A stretch of DNA of 64,000 nucleotides, from NCBI RefSeq assembly GCF_963921235.1, contig NC_086108.1:108812001-108876000 (forward strand), read 5' to 3'. Positions 1 through 12,645 of the stretch are shown here, one piece after another (positions within the stretch are counted from its first letter, which is position 1; each line of letters begins with the position of its first letter). The DNA comes from Mobula hypostoma. Lineage: Eukaryota. Position numbers and translations under genes: made by a program. The notes below the pieces were generated by a model. That model was not told the DNA's origin. It did not search any database and saw only the letters and a program-made list of their open reading frames with translations.

Positions 1-180
1 AGTCAATCAAAACGTTAAGTCGGAGCAATACAAATGTGAGCTCTCAGTGGAAACAACGTGCAATTGCGTACTGACGATGTCACCTCGACTGGTGACAAAA
101 TGTTTGTGACATAACCTCCAGGCCCGACAAACAACCTTACAAACAAGCAGCCAACCCGAGCTACGTATCTCCTCTTTCAT
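1..180 (+). mobile_element. Penelope-like element terminal-repeat fragment (Poseidon-type) with a degenerate hammerhead motif
   Basis: CTGACGA-TGTCACC-tcgact-GGTGAC-AAAA at 71-100 (hammerhead core plus stem II, with GAAA mutated). A related copy lies at 35172-35211 on the minus strand. Confidence 0.5.
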
Positions 181-420
181 TTTGGACAGGGTGCTTTCTA
201 TGCTTCATCTGTAAAAATGGTGAGGTTCACTGGAGATTTGCCAAATTTCCTTGGCCAACAGAGGAAATGAAATGCTGGTGTGATTGTTTTGGCCATGGAG
301 TCTCTGTGGCTGGACTTGGGCAAGTAGTTGGTGACATTTACCCCAAGGAACATAACGCTTTCAACCATCTTCACCTTGGCACTATAGATAATAACCAACG
401 AGATCATTAAAAGGGAATCT

Positions 421-925
421 GGTCAGTTCTGGTCACCTCACTACATGAAGGATGTGGATACTATAGAGAGAGCGCAGAGGAGATTTACAAGGATGTTTCC
501 TGGATTGGAGAGCGTACCTATGAGAATAGGATGAGTGAACTTGGCCTTTCCTCCTTGGAGTGACAGAAGATGAGAGGTGATATGATAGAGGTGTATAAGA
601 TGTGGAAAGCCAGAGGCTTTTCCCCACAGCTGAAATGGCTAACACGAAGGAGCATAGTTTTAAGGTGCTTGTAAGGGGGGGGGGGTGTCAGAGCTAAGTT
701 TTTCACACAGAGAGTGGTCAGTGTGTGGAATGGGCTACCAGTGACGGTGGTAGAGGCGGATACAATAGGGTTTTTTAAGAGACTCTTGGATAGGTACATG
801 GAGTTTAGAGGGCTACGGGGTAGGGAAACTCTAGGCAATTTCTCGAGTAGGTGACATGATCGGTACAACATTGTGGGCAGAAGGGCCTGTAATGTGCTGT
901 AGATTTCGATGATCTATGTTCTATG
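421..925 (+). mobile_element. CR1 LINE 3' fragment
   Basis: Degenerate QFWSPHY..RRFTRM..PGL RT C-terminal coding and a TCTATGTTCTATG tail; homologous to 8390-8920. Confidence 0.85.
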
Positions 926-1349
926 AATCAAAGGATCATAGTGTCAAACAGCCCAGAAACGGGCTCCTCAGCCAAACTGGCCCATGCCCACCAAGATTCC
1001 CATCTAACCTCGTCCTGTTTGCCTGCATTTGGCCATATCCCTCTAAACCAGTGGCCTCAAACCTGTTCATGCCATGGACCACTACTATTACGCAAGAGGT
1101 TTATGGACTCCAGCTTGAAAACCCCTGTTCTAAACCTTTCTTGTAATGTACCTGTCGAAATGTCTCTTAAATATTGTTAATGTACACTTATTGCCACAAC
1201 AGCAAACTGGCAGCTCATTCCATATACTGACCACCCTCCGGGTGAAAAAGTTGCCCCTCAAGTTTCTATCAAATCATTTATTTATTTATGTAACTGTCTA
1301 TCTAAGTAGCCATTTACTTGTTGATCGATTTTTTAATTGACTGATTGAG

Positions 1350-1590
1350 ATAGAGTGCAGAACAAGGCCTTCCAGTCCTTCGAACTGCGCTCTACTGCAA
1401 CCCCCGACTTAATCCTAGCCTAGTCACAGGATGATTTACAATGACCCATTAACTTACCAACCTGTATGCATTTGGACTGTGGGAGGAAATCGGAGCACCT
1501 GGAGGAAACCACAGTGAGAATGTACAAACTCCTTACAGGGAGCAGTGAGAATTGAACCTGGACTGCTGGTACTGTAAAGCGTTGCGTTAA
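1350..1590 (-). mobile_element. V-SINE-like (HE1-type) SINE fragment
   Basis: GGGAGGAAATCGGAGCACCTGGAGGAAACC...GTACAAACTCCTTACAG motif. It recurs near 1830, 19880, 22690, 34800, 41620 and 61600. Confidence 0.55.
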
Positions 1591-2042
1591 CCAATATCGC
1601 TCCCCTCTCTCCTTAATCCTATGCCCTCTGGTTCTTGAATTACCAACCCTGGGAATCCTTGACTGAATCTTTCTTGTTTTGGCTATAAAAGCACTACAAG
1701 TTGAGAGGGAGGACGGTTTAACATCAGTGCAGCTCTTCTGTGTACATGACCAATCAAAGACACAAGCTATTCTGCAGATGCTGGAAATCCAGAGGAACAT
1801 GCACAAACTGCTGGAGGAACTCTGCTGTCTGTAAGGAGTTTGTATGTTCTCCCTGTGGCCATGTGGAATTCCTTTGGGTGCTCTGGAATCTTCCCACATT
1901 TCAAAAAATATGTTGGCTTGTAGATTAATTGGTCATATGGGTGTAATTGAGCTCGCGGGCAGAAGGGCCTGCTACCGTGCTTCATCAGCAGATCAGGCAG
2001 CACCTATAGAGGGGAATGAACAGTCAACAGCTTGGGCTGACA

Positions 2043-2722
2043 CTATAGACAATAGGTGCAGGAGTAGGCCATTCAGCCCTTCGAGCCAGCGCCGCCGTTC
2101 ACTGTGATCATGGCTGATCATCCACAATCAGTATCCAGTTCCTGACTTCTCCCCATATCCCTTCACTCTGCTATCGTTAAGAGCTCTATCTAACTATTTC
2201 TTGAAAGAATCCAGAGAATTGGCCTCCACTGCCTTCTGAAACAGAGCATTCCACAGATCTACAACCCTCTGTGTGAAAAAGTTTTTCCTCTACTCCGTTC
2301 TAAATGGCCTACCCCTAATTCTTAAACTGTGGCCTCTGGTTCTGGACTCCCCCAACACTGGGAACGTGTTTCCTGTCTCTAGCATGTCCAATCCATTAAT
2401 AATCTTATATGTTTCAATCAGATCCCCTCTCATCCTTCTAAATTCCAATGTATACAAGCCCAGTCGCTCCAATCTTTCAACATATGACATTCCCGCCATC
2501 CCTGGAATTAACCCAGTGAACCTACGCTGCACTCCCTCCATAGCAAAAATGTTCTTCCTCAAATTTGGAGACCAAAACTGCACACAGTACTCCAGGTGTG
2601 GTCTCACCAGGGCCCTGTACAACTGCAGAAGGACCTCTTTGCTCCTATACTCAACTCCCCTTGTTATGAAAGCCAACATGCCATTAGCTTTCTTCACTGC
2701 CTGCTGTACCTGCATGCTTACT
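2043..2722 (-). mobile_element. CR1 LINE 3' fragment
   Basis: ORF 2290..2715: VKKANGMLAFI...LVRPHLEYCVQFWSP...RTRGHSL, followed by a CR1 3' UTR. Confidence 0.9.
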
Positions 2723-3695
2723 TTATCAGGGGACTATATTACTTACCCTCTATCAGGACTGGAAACGAAGGAGGAAAAAGCCAGAATTAGAATCAGAATC
2801 TGGCTTCTTCACAGATGCTGCCTGACCTGCTGAGTTCCTCCAGTATCTTGTGTACGGTGCATATAACTAATTAAACTGGATGGGAACTTGTCAAGTTGTC
2901 CAGATCAGAAGCCAGAGTAACATTTATGTAAGCACTTATCATCTGCGTGACAAGTTTCCCTGTGTGTTATTTCAGGAGAGGAGAGAAAACCTATATTATC
3001 CCAAAGTCAACATAAATTAACTATTGCAAAATCACAAATATAGTGAAGTAAAGTTTATATCCTTCAATTTGTAACTGGAGTTAAGAACAGCAAAATTGAT
3101 TGATAAATGCAAGGTTAATCTTTCTATTGATGGAACATCTTTTCCATCAAGCATTTGACTGATCTTTACAACCTTGCCTATAATCTCTTTGCAGTAAATT
3201 TTTTTCTGTCCAGTTTTTGTTTATATTGTTCCAAGTGCTTCACTATTCAGAATAAACTCTATGTTCATCATAGAGTCACAGAGCACTACAGTACAGAAAC
3301 AGGCCCCTCGGCCCAGCTAGTTCATGCAAAACTGCCCAGTCCCATTGCCCTCCATACTTCTCCACATCCATGCACTTATCCAAATTTCTCTTACATGTTG
3401 AAATCGAACCCACATCCACCACTTCTGTTGGCAGCTCGTTGAGCACTCTGAGTGAGGAAGTTCCCCTTCATGTTCCTCCTTAAAGATTTCTCCTTTAAAA
3501 TGAAGTCTAAAATGGGAGAAGGCAGGAGAATGTGGCTGACAGTTCAAAGTTAAAAGTAAATTTATTATCAAAGTATACATATGTCACCCTATACTAGCTT
3601 TGAGATACATGACTGACCTCCTCACTTCCTGTTATGCTGCTGGCGCTTTGGGCAGCATCAAAAGTCCTCCATCCCTGTCGCACACAGCTCTAGAA

Positions 3696-4585
3696 TAGTC
3701 ATAGTCATAGTCATACTTTATTGATCCCGGGGGAGATTGGTTTTCGTTACAGTTGCACCATAAATAATTAAATAGTAATAAAACCATAAATAGTTAAATA
3801 GTAATATGTAAAGTATGCTAGGAAATAGGTCCAGGACCAGCCTATTGGCTCAGGGTGTCTGACCCTCCAAGGGAGGAGTTGTAAAGTTTGATGGCCACAG
3901 GCAGGAATGACTTCCTATGACGCTCTGTGTTGCATCTCAGTGGAATGAGTCTCTGGCTGAACGTACTCCTGTGCCCAACCAGTACATTATGTAATGGATG
4001 GGAGTCGTTGTCCAAGATGGCATGCAACTTGGACAGCATCGTCTTTTCAGACACCGCCGTCAGAGAGTCCAGTTCCATCCCCACAACATCACTGGCCTTA
4101 CGAATGAATTTGTTGATTCTTTTGGTATCTGCTACTCTCAGCCTGCTGCCCCAGCACACAACAACAAACATGATAGCACTAGCCACCACAGATTCGTAGA
4201 ACATCCTCAGTATCGTCCGGCAGATGTTAAAGGACCTCAGTCTCCTCAGGAAATAGAGACGGCTCTGACCCTTCTTGTAGACAGCCTCAGTGTTCTTTGA
4301 CCAGTCCAGTTTATTGTCAATTTGTATCCCCAGGTATTTGTAATCCTCCACCTTGTCCACACTGACCCCCTGGATGGAAACAGGGGTCACCGGTACCTTA
4401 GCTCTCCTCAGATCTACCACCAGCTCCTTAGTCTTTTTCACATTAAGCTGCAGATAATTCTGCTCACACCATGCGACAAAGTTTCCTACTGTAGTCCTGT
4501 ACTCAGCCTCATCTCCCTTGCTGATGCATCCAACTATGGCAGAGTCATCCGAAAACTTCTGAAGATGACAAGACTCTGCAGTAGT
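3696..4585 (-). mobile_element. Rex1/Babar-type LINE, 5'-truncated (RT C-terminal half)
   Basis: ORF 3842..4780: KFSDDSAIVG...LNVKKTKELVVD...YKYLG...KKGQSRLYFLRRLRSF. The minus strand has AATAAA and an (ACTATG)n tail. Confidence 0.85.
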
Positions 4586-4969
4586 TGAAGAATCTTTCAT
4601 TGCTGTTTCTGTAACAATTTCAGGCATCTCTTCCCTACAGTCCTGCAGAAGAGTCTCATAAGAACATAAGAAATAGGAGCAGGAGTAGGCCATCTGGCCC
4701 ATAGAGCCTGCCCTGCCATTCAATAAGGTCATGGTTGACCTGGCCATGGACTCATCTCTGCCTGCCTGCCTTTTCCCCATAACCCTTAATTCCCCTACTA
4801 TGCAAAACTCTATCCAACCTTGTCTTAAATATATTTACTGAAGTTTCCTCCACTGTTTCTTGACCTGAAAAGTTGCCTGTTTACTCTTTTCCATAGTTGT
4901 TAGCTAACCTGCTGAGTTCCTCCACCATTTTGTGTGTATTGCTTTGGATTTCCAGCATCTGCAGATGTT

Positions 4970-5180
4970 ATTTTACCAGTCAGGGTTGTTATCCCTTAGC
5001 GGGACCCGGAGAACTGCTGGACCACTTTTAGTCTGGCCTCTGCCCATTGACCTGAGTCACCTGAGTGATCCTACCAAGAGCTGAAGCACAAGGTCCTGAC
5101 TCCAGCCAGCATAGCTTTCTGGGTCTTTGAGGTACGCAAACCTCCAAACCCCATGACAAGGTTGTGGTCCACTTGGGGGT
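4970..5180 (-). mobile_element. RTE-derived non-autonomous element, 5' UTR part (its other parts lie at ~3625-3690 and ~4585-4620)
   Basis: Minus strand GGACCACAACCTTGTCATGG...GAAAGCTATGCTGGC resembles BovB/Expander-type RTE 5' UTRs. The pieces are colinear with the unbroken copy at 18030-18205. Confidence 0.55.
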
Positions 5181-5659
5181 TGAGATTGATTGAGAGGAAA
5201 AATAAATCAGCCACGGACAGTGGTAGTCAATGGGCCGAATGGCCTAATTCTGATCCTATGTCTTATGGTCTGAATGGAGACAAAGGTTTCAATGTTGCGG
5301 ATTATCTTGTAATGAGATTTTGACAAGTGACAGCACAAACAACTGGAAATAATAGCTCCAGACAAACAGAAACAGGATGGACATTGAGGTCAACTAGCTC
5401 ATAACATGTTTACTGCCAGTACGTCAGCTTGTTTAACTTTTCATAAAACTCCATGTGTATCTAACCTGAGAGTGGGTTTCTGAACTTGGCATTCGATCAG
5501 ACAAAATATCTTGTCTATCAGCCGCATTTGCAAGATACATTTATGATAGTGAGGAGCTGTCTTTGGCCCAGCTTCAATGCTAATAACAGCATTCAAAAGG
5601 CATTTGGATAAATACAGGGATAGAGGGAGTCCAGAGGGATATACACCAATTGCGAATAA

Positions 5660-8600
5660 TGCTTACCCCTCCTTACATCAACAGCACAACAGTGGAAACT
5701 GGGAGTTGTTTGAAACTCCCGGGAGTTCATTTCTTGCACAAACTCTTGTGTTCCCCGAACAGATCCTGCACAATCAGGAAGGCTCACCATTGCTTTTACT
5801 TTCTGAGGAGGCTGACGAGAGCTGGACTTTGCACATCTATACTCACATCATTCTACAAATGCACAGTACAGAGCATCCTAACAGGGTACATCACTGCATG
5901 GTAGGGAAACTGCACAGCAGTGGACAGGAAGACCCTACAATGGGTAGTCAAAACTGCCCAACGCATCACCGGCACCAGTCAAGGACATGTATACAGAAAA
6001 TTGCTGGAAAGGGCCAGTAACATCATGAAGGATCCCACCTACCCTGCTCATAGACTGTTTCTCCCACTCCCATCAGGGAGGAGCGTTGTGAACAAAGCGG
6101 ATGAGCTCAGAGCGTGGATCAGTACTTGCAGCTATGATGTGGTGGCCATTACAGAGACTTGGATGGCTCAGGGACAGGAATGGTAACTTCAAGTGCCGGG
6201 TTTTAGATGTTTCAGAAAGGACAGGGAGGGAGGCAAAAGAGGTGGGGGTGTGGCACTGTTGATCAGAGATAGTGTCACGGCTGCAGAAAAGGTGGACGTA
6301 ATGGAGGGATTGTCTACGGAGTCTCTGTGGATGGAGGTTGGGAATAGGAAGGGGTCAATAACTTTACTGGGTGTTTTTTATAGGCCGCCCAATAGTAACA
6401 AGGATATCGAGGAGCAGATAGGGAAACAGATCCTGGAAAGGTGTAATAATAACAGAGTTGACGTGATGGGAGATTTTAATTTCCCAAATATCGATTGGCA
6501 TCTCCCCAGAGCAAGGGGTTTAGATGGGGTGAAGATTGTTAGGTGTGTTCAGGAAGGTTTCGTGACACGATATGTAGATAAGCCTACAAGAGGAGAGGCT
6601 GTACTTGATTTGGTATTGGGAAATGAACCTGGTCAGGTATCAGATCTCTCAGTGGGAGAGCATTTTGGAGATAGTGATCATAATTCTATCTCCTTTACAA
6701 TAGCATTGGAGAGAGATAGGAACAGACAAGTTAGAGAAGCATTTAATTGGAGTAAGGGGAATTATGAGGCTATCAGGCAGGAAATTGGAAGCTTAAATTG
6801 GAAACAGATGTTCTCAGGGAAAAGCACAGAAGAAATGTGGCAAATGTTCAGGGGATATTTGTGTGGAGTTCTGCATAGGTACATTCCAATGAGACAGGGA
6901 AGTTATGGTAGGGTATAGGAACCGTGGTGTACAAAGGCTGTAATAAATCAGGTCAAGAAGAAAAGAAAATCTTACAAAAGGTTCAGAGAGCTAGGTAATG
7001 TTAGAGATCTAGAAGATTATAAGACGAATAGGAAGGAGCTTAAGAATGAAATTAGGAGACCCAGAAGGGGCCATGAGAAGGCCTTGGTGGGCAGGATTAA
7101 GGAAAACCCCAAGGCATTCTACAAGTATGTGAAGAGCAAAAGGATAAGATGTGAGAGAATAGGACCAATCAAGTGTGAGAGTGGAAAAGTATGTATGGAA
7201 CAGGAGGAAATAGCAGAGGTACTTAATGAATACATTGCTTCAGTATTCACTATGGAAAAGGATCTTAGCAACTGTAGGCATGACTTGCAGCAGACTGAAA
7301 AACTTGTGCATGTTGATATTAAGAAAGAGGATGTGCTGGAGCTTTTGGAAAGCATCAAGTTGGATAAGTTACCAGGACCAGATGAGATGTACCCAAGGCT
7401 ACTGTGGGAGGCGAGGGAGGAGATTGCTGAGCCTCTGATGATGATCTTTGTATCATCAATGGGGAGGGGAGAGGTTCCGGAGGATTAGAGGGTTGCGGAT
7501 GTTGTTCCTTTATTCAAGAAAGGGAGTAGAGATAGCCCAGGAAATTATAGACCAGTGAGTCTTACCTGAATGGTTGGCAAGTTGATGGAGAAGATCCTGA
7601 GAAGTAGGATTTATGAACATTTGGAGAGGTGTAATATGATTAGGAATAGTCAGCATGGCTTTGTCAAGGGCAGGTCATGCTTTATGAGACTGATTGAATT
7701 TTCTGAGGATGTGACTAAACACATTGATGAAGGAAGAGCAGTAGATGTAGTGTATATGGATTTCTGCAAGGCATTTGATAAGGTACCCCATGCAAGGTTT
7801 ATTGAGAAAGTAAAGAGGCATGGGATCCAAGGGGACATTGCTTTGTGGATCCAGAACTGGCTTGCCCACAGAAGGCAAAGAGTGGTTGTAGACGGGCCAT
7901 ATTCTGCATGGAGGTCAGTCATCAGTGGTGTGCCTTAGGGATCTGTTTTGGGATCCTTACTCTTCGTGATTTTTATAAATGACCTGGATGAGGAAGTGGA
8001 GGGATGGGTTAATAAGTTTGCTGATGACACAAAGGTTGGAGATGTTGTGGATAGTGTGGAGGGCTGTCAGAGGTTACAGTGGGACATTGATAGGATGCAA
8101 AACTGGGCTGAGAAGTGGCAGATGGAGTTCAGCCCAGATAAGTGTGAAGTGGTTCATTTTGGTAGGTCAAATATGATGGCAGAATATAGTATTAATGGTA
8201 AGACTCTTGGCAGTGTGGAGGATCAGAGCGATCTTGGGGTCTGAGTCCATAGGATACTCAAAGCAGCTGCGCAGGTTGACTGTGTGGTTAAGAAGGCATA
8301 CGGTGTATTGGCCTTCATCAACCGTGGGATTGAGTTTAAGAGCTGAGAGGTAATGTTGCAGCGTCAGACCCCACTTGGAGTACCGTGCTCAGCTCTGGTC
8401 ACCTCACTACAGGGAGGATGTGGAAACCATAGAAAGGGTGCAGAGGAGATTTACAAGGATGTTGCCTGGATTGGGGAGCATGCCTTATGAGAATAAGTTG
8501 GGTGAACTTGGTCTTTTCTCCTTGGAGCAACGGAGAATGAGAGGTGACCTGATAGAGACCTGATAGTGTATAAGATGATGAGAGGCATTGATCGTGTGGA

Positions 8601-9125
8601 TAGTCAGAGGCTTTTTCCCAGAGCTGAAATGGTAACCACAAGAGGACACAGATTTATGGTGCTGGGGAGTAGGTACAGAGGAGATGTCAGGGGTAAGTTT
8701 TTTACTAGAGAGTGGTGAGTGCGTGGAATGGGCTGCCAGCAACGGTGGTGGAGGCGGATATGATAGGGTCTTTTAAAAGACTTTTGGATAGGTACATGGA
8801 GCTTAGAAAAATAGAGGGCTATAGGTAAGCCTAGTAATTTCTAAGGTAGGGACATGTTCAGCACAACTTTGTGGGCTGAACAGCTTGTATTGTGTTGCAG
8901 GTTTTCTATGTTTCTATGTGTCTAGGAGGCTACATAGTGTCCATGCCAGGAGCACCAGATGCAAAAATAGTTACTTTCCCCAAGCAGTAAACCTGATCAA
9001 GACCTCCACCCACTTAACTACCCCTCCACACCACCAATCACCACTACTTTATCATTTCCTGTCAGAGTCAAATTATTTATAAGCACTCTGGTACCTAACG
9101 TCACTTTATGGACACACAGTCAATT
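5660..9125 (+). mobile_element. Old Rex1/Babar-like LINE 3' fragment split by the CR1 at 6078-8920
   Basis: FLRRL..TSFYKCTVQSILTGYITAW..PLPSGR before the insertion continues as RRLHSVHARSTR..NSYFPQAV after it. A similar copy lies at 55800-56320. Confidence 0.65.
6078..8920 (+). mobile_element. CR1 LINE, nearly the whole ORF2 (APE endonuclease + RT), with multiple stops
   Basis: AITETW, GGGVAL, YRPP, MGDFNFPNIDW, SDH (APE motifs); QHGF, DFCKAFDKV, FADDTK (RT motifs); (TTTCTATG)n tail. Confidence 0.95.
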
Positions 9126-9128
9126 AAT

Positions 9129-10000
9129 TGGGTGGTGGGATGGAGATACATCTCTACCAAAGGAGGTGTAAGGTGCTTCTTCCCTCCACTAGCCTGCTGG
9201 TCACCCTTGGGCAAGGGGTAGCACCTGCTTAGGCCCTCCCCTCCTCCGATCAGGATCACACGAAGCCATGGGAGTAGGTGGAGGATGGTCGTATGAGCAG
9301 CTGGTACATATCACAAGTCCTGGTTTTGCAACCACTGACACCAGGCAGACAATCTCTGAAGAGTACTGATAATGGCTGGGGTCACCCATCTTCGACCATA
9401 AGACAAGACAAAGGAGCAGTAGTCGGCCATTCGGCTGATCGAGTCTGCTCCGCCACTTTATCATGAGCTGATCCGTTCTCCCATTTAGTCCCACTCCCCC
9501 GCCTTCTCACCATAATCTTTGATGCCCTGGCTACTCAGATGCCTATCAATCTCTGCCTTAAATACACCCAATGACTTGGCCTCCACTGTTGCCCGTGGCA
9601 ACAAATTCCATAGATTCACCACACTCTGGCTAAAAAAATTTCTTTGCATTTCTGTTCCGAATGGGCGCCCTTCAATCCTTAAGTCATGCCCTCTTGTACT
9701 AGACTCCCCCATCATGGGAAACAACTTTGCCACATCCACTCTGTCCATGCCTTTCAACATTCGAAATGTTTCTACGAGGTCTCCCCTCATTCTTCTAAAC
9801 TCCAAGGAATACAGTTCAAGAGTGGACAAACATTCCTCATATGTTAACCCTCTCATTCCCGGAATCATTCTAGTGAATCTTCTCTGTACCCTCTTGTAAA
9901 GACACTGTCCCGAAGAAGGCAATGGCAAGCCAATTCTGTAGAAAAATTTGAGTCATGAGAGCATGATGGCCTACATCATATTACACAGCACATAATGATA
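9129..10000 (+). mobile_element. RTE-related non-autonomous/SINE-like element (~380 bp family), interrupted by a CR1
   Basis: Homologous to 17515-17895, 26110-26460, 38630-39880 and 46400-46775. The 3' part GAAGAAGGCAATGGCAA.CC resembles the Bov-A/Sauria-SINE RTE-derived segment; (ATG)n tail. Confidence 0.7.
9394..9890 (-). mobile_element. CR1 LINE 3' fragment
   Basis: ORF 9485..9928: RVQRRFTRMIPG...TRGH...FFSQSVVNLWN. Confidence 0.9.
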
Positions 10001-12059
10001 ATTAATCGACCTATGTATATAAGCTATATAACGTATTTATACTTATTGTGGGGTTTTTGTGTTACATCGGATCCAGAGGTAACAATTGTTTCATTCTCCT
10101 TTACTGGCAATGTCATTAAATGATCCTGAATCTATGCCATCTATAATTCTTCTCACTGATGACACTCCTATTCCTATTCAGTTTCTGATTTGTTTATCAA
10201 ATTTCCATCAAAACAGTGAAAGCCGCCACTTGTGTTAACAACCAACACACCCAAGAATGTGCTGAGGGCAGCCCACAAGTGTCGCCACACATTCTGGCGA
10301 TAACACAGCATTCCCACAATGCTCAGCAGAACAACATAAGCAACAACAACATCACAAAATAACACAACAACAGTAAAGGAAGCTCCTTTCTCACCCTCCC
10401 ACCCACCCACACATGCCTCCAACCTCAGGACAAGCCACCTCCAGGTCTCCAGTCCTTACCTCCATTCTGGAAGTAGAGGCCCATAGGTCAAATCCCATGG
10501 CAACCCCAGTGACAATGACCGATTCTTTCTGTTGTTGTCTGGGGACTGCTGACTCATGGTAAGTTAACCCTCAGTACAGGTTCAGTGGGAAAATTCCTGT
10601 GTCTAATTACTGGGGAGATGAGGAAGCTTACACTCCCCACAGAAAGTTCAGCATAAGGTTTACACAGCAGAAAAGATTCACAAAGATGCTGCCAGGACTG
10701 GGGGATCTGAGCTTTAGGGAGAGGTTGGCCAAGTTATACCTTTATTCCTCGGAACGTAGGAATGAGGGGGCAACCTTATAGAAAAGTTTCAAATTGTGAG
10801 AGGCATAGACCAATGTTCAAGGCGTTGTATTTGGGGTCTTGCCATCAGCAAGTTCGGAGTTTGAGGAATGGAGTTCAGGATCTTCATGCTTCGTCATCAG
10901 TGAGTCCTGGGGCTAATACTGAAGGTTTAGGCCCCACAATCGATCAGAAGTCTGGAAGTCAAGGCCCAGTGGCTGGACTGCTGCGTCTGTGTACTTGCAA
11001 TTTCACTAGGAAGTTGGAGGCCCGACGTCTGCAAGTCCATCAGTCCACTGGAGGCCAGACGTCCAGAAGCAGCTTGTCCCGGGGTTAGAGGGCTGTCTGG
11101 GTGTAAGTGGGAAGGAGGAAAGGGCCTTGTTTTGCTGTTGTTGTTTGTGTTGTTCTGCTGAACGTTGTGGGCGTGCTATGTTGGTGCCTGAATATGCAGC
11201 ACATTCATAGGTTGTGTTAGTTGTTAACGCATTGTATGTTTCAGCATAGTGGTGATGAATTTGAATCTGTCTGACTCTGTGATTGTGAGACCTGAACATG
11301 ACATTGCACTTTTTCCTCAGTTCTTTGACGTGCCTCAAACACTCAGGCTTCAAACTCAGAGGAAAGACTACCGGCAGCTGAGCAGAGCTTACTGCACTGT
11401 GCATAAATGTTAAAAGCATTAATACCTGCTCATGCTTTATACTGGAAGATGCGCTGATTAAAGTGGATGAAAAACTCTGGAATAATCGGCTTTCGAAGCT
11501 GGGTGGAATGAAACTATTATACAAGCGGTGACCTTATCCTGGGGTTGAGTACTCAATTAGATCGATTTATCTATTAATGCATCCTGTTCATCTTTCAAGC
11601 CACTAATAACGTGGCCTTTGCCCTCGTTACATAATCTGTTTATGATCTAAGCTGATCCCTGCTTTCAAATCAGGCCATCGAGTCCAGAGGTTGGGATGAT
11701 ATGTGACAGGTGTTGAGTCTGCACTTGGAGTATTGCTGTGATGCGGCCAGCCGCAGTCTGGAGGAGCAATATCTCTTATTCCTTCTGGGTAGTCTCCAAC
11801 CTGATGGCCTGAACATGTCGTATTTACTTATCATATTTTTGCATTTGCACATTGGATGTTTGTCAGTCTTTGTGTGTAGTCATTCACTGATTCTACTGTA
11901 CTTCTCTGTTCTACTGTGAGTGCCTGAAAAATATTGATAAAAGGTTGTATATGTACTTTGATAATAAATTTACTTTGAACTTTGAGGTACAGTGACTTGC
12001 ATGCCATCCATAGAGATCATTTCATTACAACGGTGCATTGAGGTAGTACAAGGGAAAAC

Positions 12060-12645
12060 GAGGAGGCATATTGATACTGTATTGATCACAGTAGCATCAC
12101 AGATATACAAATATTAGAAGATAAGTAAGAAAGAATAAAAAATAAGTTATCACAAATAGTCTAACAGGAGGGCTATAGGTTGACATTATAGAACTTAATG
12201 GCCAAGGGTAAGAATGACCTCATATAGCAGTCTTTAGAGCAGTGCAATTGCCTTAGTTGATTACTGAAAGTGCTCCTCTGTTTGGCCAAGGTGACATGCA
12301 GAGGGTGAGAAACATTGTCTGGAGATGCCAAGATTTTCCATAGGGTTCTTTGTTCTACCACAGCCTCCAGTGTGTTCAGTTTAACTCCTATAATAGAGCC
12401 AGCCTTTCTAATCTGTTGATTGAGCCTGTTGGCATCACCTGTGTTGATGCCATTGCCCAGCACACCACCACATAAAAAAATTGTACCTACAACAACAGAC
12501 TAGTAGAACATGTGAAGGAGAGGTTTGCGTACTCGAAAGGACCTCAGTCTCCTCAGGAAGTAGAGGCGACTCTGGCCCTTCTTGTACACAGTCTCTGTGT
12601 CGGTGCTCCACTCAAGTCTGTCATCTGGGTGCACCCCCAGGTGCT
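12060..12645 (-). mobile_element. Rex1/Babar-type LINE 3' fragment
   Basis: KKGQSRLYFLRRLRSF...HPLH...SFLPLAIKFYN; homologous to 3842-4340. Confidence 0.8.

Noticed and set aside
2273..2833. Antisense ORFs over CR1/PLE copies (also 13431, 14927, 57687, 59083 and others)
   Set aside because: These are shadow frames of retroelement sequence, not host genes.
11300..11560. Coding exon in the unique island (acceptor-like TTTTTCCTCAG at ~11320)
   Set aside because: There are stops in all + frames before a credible donor and no recognisable protein. It may still be non-coding conserved sequence.
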